From Paramoeba atlantica (taxonomy: Eukaryota > Protista > Discosea), in the NCBI GenBank assembly GCA_977017575.1, contig CDRNVI010000144.1, positions 372,001 to 436,000 of the forward strand: DNA of 64,000 nt, given 5' to 3'. The translations under genes and the position numbers were made by a program. The notes beneath the pieces were generated by a model. It was not told where the DNA came from. It saw nothing but the letters and a program-made list of their open reading frames with translations, and did no database searches. Below are positions 22,070 to 34,427 of the stretch, piece by piece; position 1 is the stretch's first letter; every line of letters begins with the position of its first letter.

Positions 22070-24233
22070 TTAGTGGAAAAAAAAAAAGAATAGAAGGCAG
22101 GAACTAGTTGCTATTCTTTTACAGATCTTGAGTTTTTCTTTATTTTGAAGCTTGTTTATATTCCAGGAGAGAACTTTCAAGTTAGGGAAACAAGAAAAAC
22201 ATTGAATTTGGAGTAAATTAAGAGGGTTAGATTTCAAAGAGAGGATTTGAAAATCACAAAGTCTCTCTTGGGGGAAAGGGAAGTTGAGGAAGGTGGGGGG
22301 AATAGGAAGTTGAGAAATTAGTTGGGACTTATTGACAACCATCAAAGGAGAGGGTTGAAGTTGAGCATCAAATCTCAGGGGGGGAGATTAAAGGAATCCA
22401 TACTTTTTGATATTTTGATTATTCTTTTTTTCTTTTTTTTTCTTTTTGTTCACCATCTTTCACTCTATCTTTTAGTATTTCTTTCTTTTTTTTTTAATTA
22501 ACTTCCAACTTAGAACTTTCTTTCAACTTTTTTCCTTTTTTTTCTGGTTTTTTCTTTTTTTTTTTTCCTTTTTTTCTTTAAACTTTTCCTCTTTTCCTTT
22601 TAAACAATAGAGAAGCTTTCCTAAGGGTCATTTGGGGATGATTTTAAGCTTCCATCAAGACTGGCATCCCAAGAACAAGAGGAAAAGGGAGAATCAGCAA
22701 TTTTTTGGCTATTGCCAGAATGAGAACCAAATGAAAAAGTTGAAAATTTATGTTCATCTAAATTACTAAAAAAGGTAATGTTTTTCTGATTTTGTAAGCC
22801 AGTAACAATGTTCTTTTTTTGGGTTATTTTTTTAGCTTGTGATTCAGGAACTCCATCAAGGACATCTTTGGAGAGAGGAACACTCTGGACACCAGTGAAG
22901 GAAGCAGGGGAAGGGACACCAGTGGAGGAAGAAGGGGAAGTGACATCAGTGGAAGGAGAAGGGGAGGGGACATCAGTGGAGGGAGAAGAGAAAAAAACAC
23001 CTCTAGAATTTCTCATCTTGTTATTTTTTTCCTTCCCTGCAAGAATGGTTTTGGAAATTATATTCAATTTTTTAGCTTCTAACATTTTGTTTGTATTGCC
23101 TTTCAATTTCTTTTTGCTTTGCCTCACTTTTTCTCTATCTTTATTGATTATTTCTCCTGTTTCTTCTGCTGATAATTGTCTTGGTCTTTTCTTGAATTTA
23201 GCTGTGTTTGAAGTAATAAATTGAACTGTTTCAATTAAAACTTATTGAAGCTTTTTGTTCAGTAATTCATATTTGCTATTTTCAAGGTTTGTAACTTTTT
23301 TTTTAGTTTTTTCATTCCCTGCTTCCACCTGAATTGGGTTGGAAGATCCCCCAGCCATGCTCAAGCTTTCTCACTCATACCAAAACTTATTTCCTCAATC
23401 TTTCCTCCTTTCAAAGGGATTTTCATTATAACTGACCCATCACTCTTCTCTTCTTCCTTGTTTTCTTCCTTACTATCAGTCTTTCTTCTTTTGATTATAA
23501 TTATATCTCCATCACCATCCTCTTCCCTTCTTTCCTGTTCATTCACTTCCCTCTTTTTTTGTTCATTCTTACCTTGTGTTTTAGAGCCTTTGCTCATTTC
23601 TTTCTTCTCACTCTCCATTTCAGCAATTTTATCTTTTTCCTTAAGGCACTGTTCTTTAGTTGATGTTTCTTTTTCATCAATAAATTTCATTTCTTCATAC
23701 TTCTTTGCATTTGTGATCATGATTTGGTCTTTCTCAAGACTAAAGCTTTGTTGCTCTTCTTCAAAAAGCTTGCTGATGGCATCCTCTCCTTGTTTCTGAA
23801 TAATCTCTACAGTGCAAGTAAGGCTTGCAAGATGGTTCACCCCACAGAGGGGGCACTCAATAAGGAGGTGGTATGGTTTGATTGGTGTTCAAATGGAACA
23901 CTTGGCTTTAATCAAAATATTGATTTGGATGAATTCTTTGGTCTTGGCAATAAAGCAAACTAGAGAGAGGGGAATGGATTTGTAGAAGATGATGATGCAG
24001 TCCTCAGAGACTTGTACCACTTCTTTGAGATTGAGAGAGGGAAGGTGGTTCTCTATTGAATAAATTGTAAATCCACTCATTCTCTGAAACTTGAAAAGAG
24101 AGTTTGATCTTGATCCCCCACAAATGGGCATCATGATTAACTCTCCAAATACAAGAACTCTTGAGTTGGTTGGTGATCAGGTTTTCTTTCTTTTTAATAA
24201 TAGATTGAATCATGAGGATATCCTCCTTCTTCT
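22070..24233 (-). mobile_element. L1-X copy C: ORF1 body plus start of ORF2 endonuclease, truncated at both ends
   Basis: Homologous to 32,895-36,830 (MIQSII..., QGEDAISKLF, RQSKKKLKGNT, LKVLSWNINKLQNKEKLKICK). Confidence 0.85.
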
Positions 24234-24774
24234 AAAAAAAAAACCCTTAGAAATCATCTGAGGGTTCTTTTTTGCTGATATCTTCTCTTTTTCAAGTTTG
24301 CTGTGGTAGAAGACCACCCCACAGGGAGCTGAGCATATCTGCTGATAGTTCTCAACTTACTCTATCCAATTATATCTTCCAAAAGCTTTAATTTGTTTTT
24401 CAACAGAGTTGCTGGAGGAAATGCTAATTCAATACTACTATTTTTGAAAAAAGCAGTCTCAGATATGAACCAAATGATTGCTAAGCTTTGGGAGATGATT
24501 GATATTAAGAATGCCTCCTTTTCCACTCACCTTGCTACCAAACTCAACTTGTCTCTCATTAAAGGAGCCAGAGTATGCCCCCTCTCCCCAGTAGAAGCTT
24601 TTGCCTTCCCCAATGAGATTCCTACCTTCCCCAACTTCCTGAGAGCTATTGAAAGTCAAACCAACCTCAAGAGAAGTATTAGAGTGGAGGCAAGAACCAA
24701 ACACTATGCCATCCTTACCCACAAGGAGGAAGATAGCTTCATGATCCAATCTATTATTGAAGAGAAAGGAAACT
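24234..24774 (+). mobile_element. L1-X 5' fragment (5' UTR hairpin plus ORF1 N-terminus)
   Basis: Begins (A)nCCCTTAGAAATCATCTGAGGGTTCTTTTTT; reads FNRVAGGNANS...MIQSIIEEKGN and ends at an A-run. Confidence 0.85.
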
Positions 24775-25753
24775 AAAAAAAAAAAAAAACCCTTAGAAGT
24801 TATCTGAGGGTTCTTTTTTGCTATTATCTTCCCTTTCTCAAGTTTGCTGTGGTAGAAAACCACCCCACAGGAAGTTGAGCATATCTGCTGATAGCTCTCA
24901 ACTTACTCTATCCAATTATGTCCTCCAAAAGCTCTAACTTGTCCTTCAGCAGAATTGCTGGAGGAAACACTAATTCAACACCATTATTCCTGAAAAAAAC
25001 AGTTCCAGGTATGTGTGAGGATAGATGTGAGGAGGGGAGCAGAATCAACAGAGAAAACAAGAGAAAAGAAAGAGAAACAGAAACTTTGAATTAAAACCTT
25101 TATAAGAAGGATCCCCAGCCAACACTAACAGAACAAGAAAACAACAACAAAGAAACAAAAAAGCAAAAAGAAGAACAACAAAAGGAATCACAACTGAGAA
25201 AAGCACAGAATTGCTGAAACTCAACTTAAATCAGAATCCCAAGTCAACACAGCAACCAAAGAAGGAAGAAAGCAACAAAAGATGATAATAACAAAAGAAG
25301 AAAACAAAAAGCAAGCAAAGCAAGCCAAAAAATCACAAAGGAAAGCAGAAAGAAAGAGAGAGAGTAACAAGAAAGCAGAAAGAAGGCAGAAAGCAGCAAA
25401 GCAGCAAGAAAAAGGGGGCAAAATACAAACATGAAAATTGAATAAAAAGAGTACAAAAAATCTCATGATTTTAGCTAAAATTATAATAAAATGGCACATG
25501 GCTGTCTGTGAGGCTTAGAGCTCTCTGAAAGGACTAAAACTCATGATAAAAGGCATCAAGGAAGCTCAGGGAAGGCTCAAGGAGGCTCAAGGAAGCCTGG
25601 GGAAGCTCAGGGAAGATTCTAAAAACACTGAAAAGGCACTGAAAGGCACAACTTCTGTGTTGGAAGCAGGTCTCACTCCAACATATAAACCAAATGATTG
25701 CTAAGCTTTGGGAGATGATTGATATAAAGACTTTGAAAATCATACAGTAGACT
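24775..25753 (+). mobile_element. Second L1-X 5' fragment, internally deleted and interrupted by a solo LTR
   Basis: Same 5' hairpin; ORF1 start resumes after the LTR at 25,684, then jumps to GACTTTGAAAATCATACAGTAGACTT, which matches ORF2 at ~37,948-37,973. Confidence 0.75.
25014..25683. mobile_element. Solo LTR (670 bp, TGTGAG...CCAACA)
   Basis: TG...CA ends; TSD TATG/TATA restores L1 sequence CCAGGTATGAACC; related copy at 42,458-43,082. Confidence 0.8.
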
Positions 25754-26266
25754 TAAAAAAAAAACCCTTAGGAATCATTTGAGGGTTCTTTTTTGCTGTT
25801 ATCTTCCCTTTCTCAAGTTTGCTGTGGTAGAAGACCACCCCACAGGGAGCTGAGCATATCTGCTGATAGCTCTCAACTTACTCTATCCAATTATGTTCTC
25901 CAAAAGCTCTAACCTGTCTTTCAACAGAGTTGCTGGAGGAAATGCTAATTCAACACCATTATTCCTGAAAAAAGCAGTCCCAGGTATGAACCAAACAATT
26001 GCCAAGCTTTGGGAAATGATTGATATTAAGAATGCCTCCCTGTCCACTTGCCTTGCTACCAAACTTAACCTGACTCTCATCAAAGGAGCCAGGGTATACC
26101 CCCTCTTCCCAGTAGGAGCTTTTGCCTTCCCCAATGAGATCTCTATCTTCTCCAACTTCCTGAGAGCTATTGAAAGCCAAACCAACCTCAAGGGAAGTAT
26201 TAGAGTGGAGGCAAGGGTCAAACACTATGCTATCCTTGCCCACAAAGAGGAGGATGTCTTCATGAT

Positions 26267-26794
26267 TGTCAAGTGGCGGGGTTTGGTGGAAGAAGATTGC
26301 TGAGAAAAGAAAAGAAAGGTGCAAACTTCATTCCATGGCGAGAGCTGGGAACGTGAGAAAAAACAAAGTCTCTCACGCATTTATTTACAAACAGGTTTCA
26401 AGCACATATTTAACAATGTGACACCAAGTGCAAAAACAGAGAAACACACACAAATAAAAGCACACGTAAGAGACACAAAGACACAACAAGTTTAAGGAAG
26501 GGAACAACAGATGACATCAGCACAAATAAATTCATGGGCTGAAAGATCAGAATATGGAGAATAAACTATGCAATCAAATTGGGTCTGAAATAGGGCAAAG
26601 GTATTCTTGAAGGCACAATTCAATGATTGATCAATATCTCAGTGTGTAGTTGTCAGATTCAGATGGAACTAGCGCCATTCGAAAGAGGAAGATGAGACGC
26701 TTCAGGATAGCACAACTCGTGATCATAGAATTCACAAATGATGTTCTCCATTAAGTCAAACATTCTTCAAACCAAGAATACTGATATTCTAACA
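26267..26794 (-). repeat. Copia 3' LTR
   Basis: TGTTAG...TTGACA; 11 transitions seen versus the 5' LTR. Confidence 0.97.
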
Positions 26795-26812
26795 CTCCCT
26801 TTCATCATGAAG

Positions 26813-29800
26813 TTAATTCGCAGAGCAACAGGGACGAATAAGATTATTCCGGTGAGGTGTAAACACATTGGGTCCAAGGGGTTTTGTAAAAATATTGGCA
26901 AGGTTATCTTTAGTGGGCACATAATCCAACTCAATCAAGCCATCTTGCAATGCTTTTCTTGTGTAATGATCAAAGGCTTCAATTTGCTTAGTTCTTTGGT
27001 TTACACGGGGAATCTTTGCAATAGCCATCGCAGGTTCAGAATTGGATTGGAGCAAGAAAGGTCTTTTGTACGGGATGCACAACTCAGAGAGAATGTTATC
27101 AACAAATTTCAATTCACAGGATGCTTCAGCAAGGGCATGGTATTCAGATTCACAACTGGACCAACAAACTTGAGGAGATTTCTTGGAACGCCAGGATATG
27201 GGAGAACCATTTGCAAAAATAGCAAAACCATAAGATGAGGATCTGTCTTCTGTAACATCTTGATGGCTTGAGTCAGCTTGGGCGGAAATCACAAGTTCTT
27301 TAGTCTCAGATTTGGATTTGGGAAACACCAATTCATAATCAGGATATTTGGCAAGATAACCGAGAATTCGTAGAGCAGCTTTGTCATGATCTTTAGTGTA
27401 GGTGTTCAAGAAGCAAGAGCATTGGGAAACAGCATATGAAATATCAGGACGAGTTTTCGTCAACCAAATTAGAGAACCAACAAGACTAGCATAGGGAAAA
27501 TCAGTCGGGGGTTCGTCAGGCTTAGGCATAGGCAGAACTTTACTCACAGCAGGAGTATCACTCTTTCTTATTTTGTGGCAGTCAAAACTCTCCAATAAAT
27601 TGTTGAGGAAGGCACACTGATTGAGAGAAATTTCTTTGTGATTTTGTTTCACACCACAACCAAGGAACCAGGAGCATTTTCCACTAGGCTTCCACTTGAA
27701 TCTTTCAATCAGTTTGGAGTAAATCTCTTCACGGAGCTTTGGACAAGTACAAACATCCAAATTATCATCAACAACAGTTGGGAATAAACAGAAGTTTCCA
27801 TCAGGTTCAACACGAATGTAGAGATTGGGATCAGCAGTCAGACAATGGAATTGCAGCTCTTCAATAAGAAATTTTCGAAAAGTCAGATTCCAACATTGTC
27901 CAGCAATTGGCACACCATAGAGAGCTTTGTTCAATCGACAGAGATATTCGGGATGTTCAGGATCTTCGAAACCTTCGGGTTGAGTGACATAATAAACAAT
28001 ATCGCCATCAGGAATGTCAGCTTGGATATAGGCACTTGGGACATCTCCAGAATTCACATCGAGGTCAAACATAGCAGCAATAGCAAATGTCAAATTGAGA
28101 GATTCAGTGGTTGCAGTTCCAGCATAATTATCTTCTTGGTCAAAATTGGGATCTTTCACAAGACTATGTTTTACATGAGAACCGTTTGCACAAAATCGAG
28201 CTTTGAACTTGGATATTACACCATTTTCAGTCTTAATTCGAAATCGCCACAGGCCTTGCATAATAATGTGTTTCTTTCCATCCTTGGGGAACTTCAGGGG
28301 AGGAGGCACCAATTCCCAAGTTTTATTTTCAATATGAGCATCATATTCTCTTTTGCAGGCTTGTTTCCATTCTTCTTTTTCATTTGAACGAGCGGCTTGC
28401 TTGTAGGATCGGGGGGTAACTTTGTCATTAACAACTTGGTCAGCATGGAAGGCATAGTCAAGGAAATCAAGATCTTTGTAACCACGGCCAGGTTCACCAA
28501 ACGTATTCCAAGGTATTTTCAGGGCACTGAACGCTTTTCCAATGGCACTATGTTGGTAGTCAGGGTCTTGGAAGCAAGCAGAGTGTCTTACTTCTTCAGC
28601 TGCATCATCAGATTCATTTGGTTCAGAGATGTTAATTTCATCATCAGGTTGAGATTGAGTAACAAGATTGAAATCAACTTCAGAATCAGTTTCAGAGTTG
28701 TATGTAGAGGAAGAGTAAGGAGATGCAGATTGGTCTGCAGGGTCATAAGGGTCAGGATCATGATCATCTGGTGGGTAATCGAACATTTCAAAATTATCAA
28801 GGTCAATCGGCAATTCAGGTTCATTTTCATCAGCAGAGTCATAATCAGTTCCTTCACTTTCTTCATCCTTCATATTTAATTCTGAAATTTGAGGGAGAAT
28901 TTCAGAATCAGGGGCTGCAGCAGCTTGAGCAGGATCAACAATTGGAGAAGAAGAGGAACTAGAAGAGGAGCAAGAGGAGCAAGAGGAAGATGGAGGTGTG
29001 TAAGAACCATTGCTCTGAGTAAAATCGGGAGGAGGCATACTGAGAAGCACCATCTCATCATCATCATCATCACTGTACACATCCGTACTGTGGGTTTTCT
29101 CATTCAAAGGAGTATGTTTTGAATGTAAGTTTACAGGAGCAGGAGTGGAATGGCCTATTTCGTTCTCCCTTTCAACATCAACAGGGTAATCATCATCAAT
29201 TACAATTTTGGCAGAATTGTCAGGATTCTCATGTACACAATCCACGGGATTTGTGTTCGTACTCAGAATGTCGTCACAGTCTGATAATTTCGAAAAATCA
29301 ATGAATTTTTCATTCAAATAAGTGTCAAAATAGTGTGGGATATTCCCTCTATCAATACGCTTCAACAGGTTCAAAACACCAAAAACATATTCATCAAATA
29401 CCACACTTGAACTTTCAAAAATAGTTTTCTTTACAGGGTCATACAAAATATAACCATTAATTTTTTCTGAGGGGCCAAGATAGATCGCAGGGCGCGCTTT
29501 AGGCATCAGTTTGGTTCTGTTCTTTCGGGGAATGTGCGCAAAAGCATGACAACCAAAAGGGCGAATCAACTCAATATTGGGTTTGCGACCATACAGCTTC
29601 TGGAAGGGGGAAATCTCTTCACCTTCTTTCACAATGTAGGAGCTCACAACACTTGCAAGTTTTTCAGCATAATCCCAAAATTGTTCAGGCAATCCAGCAT
29701 GGATTCAAATCGCTTGAGCAGTGTTCCATCGAGTCTCATTTGCACGTTCAGCAACACCATTTTCAGCAGAATCATCTCTACTAGAAAATCTGATATGAAT

Positions 29801-32014
29801 TCCTTTTTCAGTGCAATATTGTCCAATTTTCGTTGCAGGACTGACAAATTCCCAAGCACTGTCGCATTGAATGATTTTGACCTTCACATCTAATTGTCTT
29901 TGAAGCTTTGCAATCAGGTTGATCAGCACTTCGCCAGCATCACTCTTTTTCTTGAGGAATTCAGATAAATCCATCTTGGAGTAGTCTTCAACAACTGAGA
30001 GAGAGTATTTGTTCTTCTGATAAGAAAGTATATTTTTCTCGTGGTTGTCAATGTGCAACATTTCACCGAGTTTTTGTTTTGTTCTCGTACCAGGGGTATG
30101 ACTCTTCCTTTTCACTTTGGCCAACTCACAAGCAGTACAAACATTTTGATCCATTCTCAATCTGTGATATTGCAGGGGCAAACCATCAACCACACGAGCA
30201 TTAATAGTCCTTTTTAAACCAGAAAAATGACACAATCTATTATGCCAATATTTCCATTCTTTTTCACAGGTAGGACAGAGGGTTCTACAGATTCTTTTCT
30301 TGCGGAGAGGTTGAGATGAAGGAGCATCCTCAGGGGTTTCATTTTTTGGGTGAGTAACTTCTTCAGCAATATAAGATTGTTGATGGTTGGTTCGACTGGG
30401 TAAAGCCAAATAATACAAGCCATTGTTCTGTGGACCACTCAAAATCGTCTGGGAATTGCTCAAATTGATCTTCTTTTTTGTCACACGAATTTGGTCAGAA
30501 TCCAAAACAACAGAAGCATCCCAAGTTTCACACATGTGAGCCACAGAGAGAAGATTCATTTCACAATTGGGGACTACAGAGATGTCTTGAAGAGGTGGCA
30601 AATCAGGATGAATTGCCAAGTCACCTTGCATTGTAACAGGAATCAGATTGCCATTCGCTTGCTTGATGCTTATGGACATTGCGGGTGGAGTGTTTCTTGT
30701 TGTGAGATTTGGATCATTCACAATTGTGTTTGAACAAGCTGAATCAGCAAGAGCAGTTGCTCCATTTGATTGTTTTGCAACAAAAGCAGATTGAATCGAA
30801 GATTGAGAAGAAGAAACGAGAGCAGAAACGCAACAAGAGTAAACAGGAATATTGATTTTATTCATTTTTATCTTCCAAGCATTGATCTTTTGAACGAAAG
30901 CGTCGAAATTCACCTTGGCTTGTTGTCCCACAGCACTTTGGTTTGCTGGGTTTGTGTTGCAACCTTTCACAATGTGACTGGTGGCACCACAACGAAAACA
31001 GGCTTTAGCTGGAGGGGTGGGTGGATCTTCCCATCCAGGGTAATTTCGAAACTGGTTGCACGTTTGAGGAGAAGGAATTAGAGGACTACGGCGAGGAGGG
31101 CCATTTCCTTGTCTTCCTTGGCGAGGAGGGGCAACATTTCCTAGTTGATTAGGATTGGCAGCAGGGTTATTCTTCTTCCGAAAAGCAACATAAGCAGCGG
31201 CGTTCTCCTTGGTCTTCAAGGCTTGTTTCTTCTTGTTGGCGCTGGAGTGACTACCTTTGATTTCTTTTAACTCCAAGAAAGCACTCTCCACTGTCCACTC
31301 TCCCACTCTAAGCAATCCTCGAAAGGTTTCCCAACGTTGTTGCAGCATGGAATCTCGAATGTAACCCAATTTCTTGTTCATTGGTATCGGTTTCCCTTTC
31401 AACGCTTCAACGTGAAGAAATAACTCCTTCAGTCTCAACTCAAAACTAGAGATCATCTCATTTTCTCCGATACAACAATCCTCTAACTTACTTTTCACTT
31501 CTTTAACGTTGTGAACAATCACGGTACTCAGATTTAAGATCAATGTGTCCCAAATAATTTTTGGTGTTCTTCTCTTCAAATCGCTAAGATACTCCTTTGC
31601 TTGACCAACACAAGCCTTATTCAGTAAGTTTGTAAGATTCATTTGATTGTCCATATGGTCATCAAAATGTCTTTGGTTGATTTGCTGCTTGTACTCCAAT
31701 TTCTCTTTGTGTCTTGCCTCCAACTCCTTTCTTTCTGCCAAGAATCTTTTCTTCTCAGCTTCTTCCATTTTTTCTGTAATCTTCTCCAGCTCCTCCTCAA
31801 ACTTAATTAGAACAGGTTCACCTGTAGGAACTTTGTCAAGGAATAGATGATGAATGAGATTTTGGGTGCTGAGTCGAATGAGTGTCTCTTTTCGCCAGAG
31901 CATGAATTCAATGGTGGATTCACCTTTGAGTTCATTAATCTCGAGTGCACCCTTCCATGTCTTGTTCTTTGGTTCAAACTCTGGCCAATCTACTACTCTA
32001 TAATCATCTTCCAT
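26813..32014 (-). CDS. Copia gag-pol polyprotein, interrupted by one in-frame TGA in integrase
   Basis: CFRCGATSHIVKGC knuckle; ALADSACS protease; WHNRLCH...CTAC; integrase IDNH/QCDSAWEF/NGVAER; RT LNKALYG and VVDD; RNase H ADSSH/ESEYHAL. Likely start MEDDY; the F-rich N-terminus in the ORF track is leader sequence. Confidence 0.93.
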
Positions 32015-32354
32015 AGTTGAGGATGTGGCGAACATAAAAGAGCGAGAGAGAAAAGCGAGAAACAGTGACAGGAGGAAACGAGCGAGAAAAACCAAGAAAA
32101 CCACACAGAATCGTGAAAACACACGATTAAAACAAACAGAAAGACAGGCAAAAGGAACAAGAGAGCAAGAACAATAAAAAGAAATCGAGTGAAGTTGTTG
32201 AACAAATGAGAGAATGGGTGCGAATGAGCGAAAACAAAAACAAAAACGAAAAACAAAAAAACAGAAAATAAAACAAAAATAAAACAAAAAAATAAAACAA
32301 AGAAAGGTGTAAAACACTGAAGTTCTACTAATGACAAGATCAAGCAGAGAGCCT

Positions 32355-32366
32355 AGACTCTTAATC
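32355..32366 (-). promoter_or_regulatory. Copia primer-binding site, probably for a half-tRNA-Lys(CUU)
   Basis: GATTAAGAGTCT abuts the 5' LTR; its reverse complement AGACTCTTAATC is the anticodon arm of tRNA-Lys(CUU) as I recall it. Confidence 0.7.
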
Positions 32367-32894
32367 TGTCAAGTGGCGGGGTTTGGTGAAAGAAGATTGC
32401 TGAGAAAAGAAAAGAAAGGTGCAAACTTCATTCCATGGCGAGAGCCGGGAATGTGAGAAAAAACAAAGTCTCTCACACGTTTATTTACGAACAGGTTTCA
32501 AGCACATATTTAACAATGTGACACCAAGTGCAAAAACAGAGAAACACACACAAATAAAAGCACACGTAAGAGACACAAAGACACAACAAGTTTAAGGAAG
32601 GGAACAACAGATGACGTCAGCACAAATAAATTCATGGGCTGAAAGATCAGAATATAGAGAATAAACTATGCAATCAAATTGGGTCTGAAATAGGGCAAAG
32701 GTATTCTTGAAGGCACAATTCAATGATTGATCAATATCTCAGTGTGTAGTTGTCAGATTCAGATGGGACTAGCGCCATTTGAAAGAGGAAGATGAGGCGC
32801 TTCAGGATAGCACAACTCGTGATCATAGAATTCACAAATGATGTTCTCCATTAAGTCAAACATTCTTCAAACCAAGAATACTGATATTCTAACA
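32367..32894 (-). repeat. Copia 5' LTR
   Basis: TGTTAG...TTGACA, followed by a non-TGG PBS. Confidence 0.97.
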
Positions 32895-34007
32895 ATGATT
32901 CAATCTATTATTGAAGAGAAAGGAAACCTGATCATCAACCAACTTGAGAGTTCTTGTATTTGGAGAATCAATCATAATGCCCATTTGTGGGGGATCAAGA
33001 TCAAACTCCCTTACCAAGTCTCAGAGAATGAGTGGATTTACAATTTATTTAATGGAGAGGACCACCTTCCCTCTCTCAATTTTAAAGAAATGGTACAAGT
33101 CTCTGATGACTGCATCATCATCTTCTATAAGTCCATTCTCCTCTCTCTAGTCCACCTTATTGCCAAGACCAAAGGATTCATCCAAATCAACACCTTGATT
33201 AAAGCCAAGTGTTCCATTTGAATGCTTACCAAACCATACCACCTCCTTGTTGAGTGCTCCTTATATGGAGTAAACCATCTTGTGAGCCTTACTTGCACTA
33301 CAAAAATCATCTGGAAACAAGGTGAAGATGCTATTAGCAAGCTTTTTGAAGATGAGCAACAAAGCTTTAGTTTCAAGAAAGACCAAATCATGATCACAAA
33401 TGCAAAGAAGTATGAAAGAATGAAATTTATTTATGAAAAAGAAAAGCCAACTGAAGAATGGGTCCCTAAGAAAAAAGTTGAAATTGCTGGAATGGAGAGC
33501 AAGGAGGAAGGAATGAGCAATAGCTCTGAAATGGAAGGTAAGAATGAACAAGAAAAGAGGGAAGTGAATGAACAGGAAAGAAGGGAAGAGGATGGTGACA
33601 AAGATATAATTATGATCAAAGGGAAAGAAGTTGATAGTGAGGAAGAAAACAAGGAGGAGGGGAAGAGGGATGGATCAATCACAGTGAAAGTCCCCTTGGA
33701 AGGAGGAAAGATCAAAGAAATGAGTTTCAGTATGGGTGAGGAAGCTTGGGCATGGCTGGGGGATCTTCCAACCAAATTTAGGTAGAAGCAGAAAATGAAA
33801 GAACTCAAAAAAACAGTTACAAACCTCAAAAACAGGAAATATAAATTACTGAATGAAAAACTTCAACAAGTTTTGATTGAAATGGTTAAATTTATTGCTT
33901 CAAACACAGCTAAATTCAAGAAAAGACCAAGACAATTATTAGCTGAAGAAACAGGGAAAATAATCAATAAAGATAGGGAAAAAGTGAGGCAAAGCAAAAA
34001 GAAATTG

Positions 34008-34325
34008 AATTGTGGCATAATGGCTTAGTTGGTAAAACAGCTATTGCTTCAATTCAAGGTTGCAGGTTTAAATTCCAAAGAGGAAAATATTAAAAACATT
34101 ATTTTCTCTTCCTGCTCACTTGAATGTGAAAAATAGAACAGATTATCCTCTGCCCTGTTTGCTAAAAAGCAGAGAATAAATTCCCTGAGAAGGAGTTTGA
34201 GTGAATTAAAGGTCTTTGGACCATTTGAACCTAAAAAGGTGAAACTCTATCCTCATTATTTTTAACCTTAAAAAATTAGTAGCTTTGGGTTAAACCATCA
34301 CCTAATAAAGTCCAGTGTTAAAAAG
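34008..34325 (+). mobile_element. SINE-A, full length
   Basis: TSD AAAAAGAAATTGAA on both sides, inside L1-X ORF1. Confidence 0.9.
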
Positions 34326-34427
34326 AAAAAGAAATTGAAAGGCAACACAGATAAAATGTTGAAAGTTAAAAAATCGAACACAATTTCTAAAACCATTCTT
34401 GTGAAAAAAGAAAAAAGTGACAGAATG

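Larger units (their letters stand above)
26267..32894 (-). mobile_element. Ty1/copia LTR retrotransposon, complete, young (6,628 bp)
   Basis: 528 bp LTRs at 26,267-26,794 and 32,367-32,894; 5 bp TSD ATGAT; PPT GATGAAAGGGAG; gag-PR-IN-RT-RH order. Confidence 0.98.

Noticed and set aside
26738-31850. Antisense and alternate-frame ORFs within Copia (and their mirrors)
   Set aside because: Shadow frames of the long pol ORF with no motifs.
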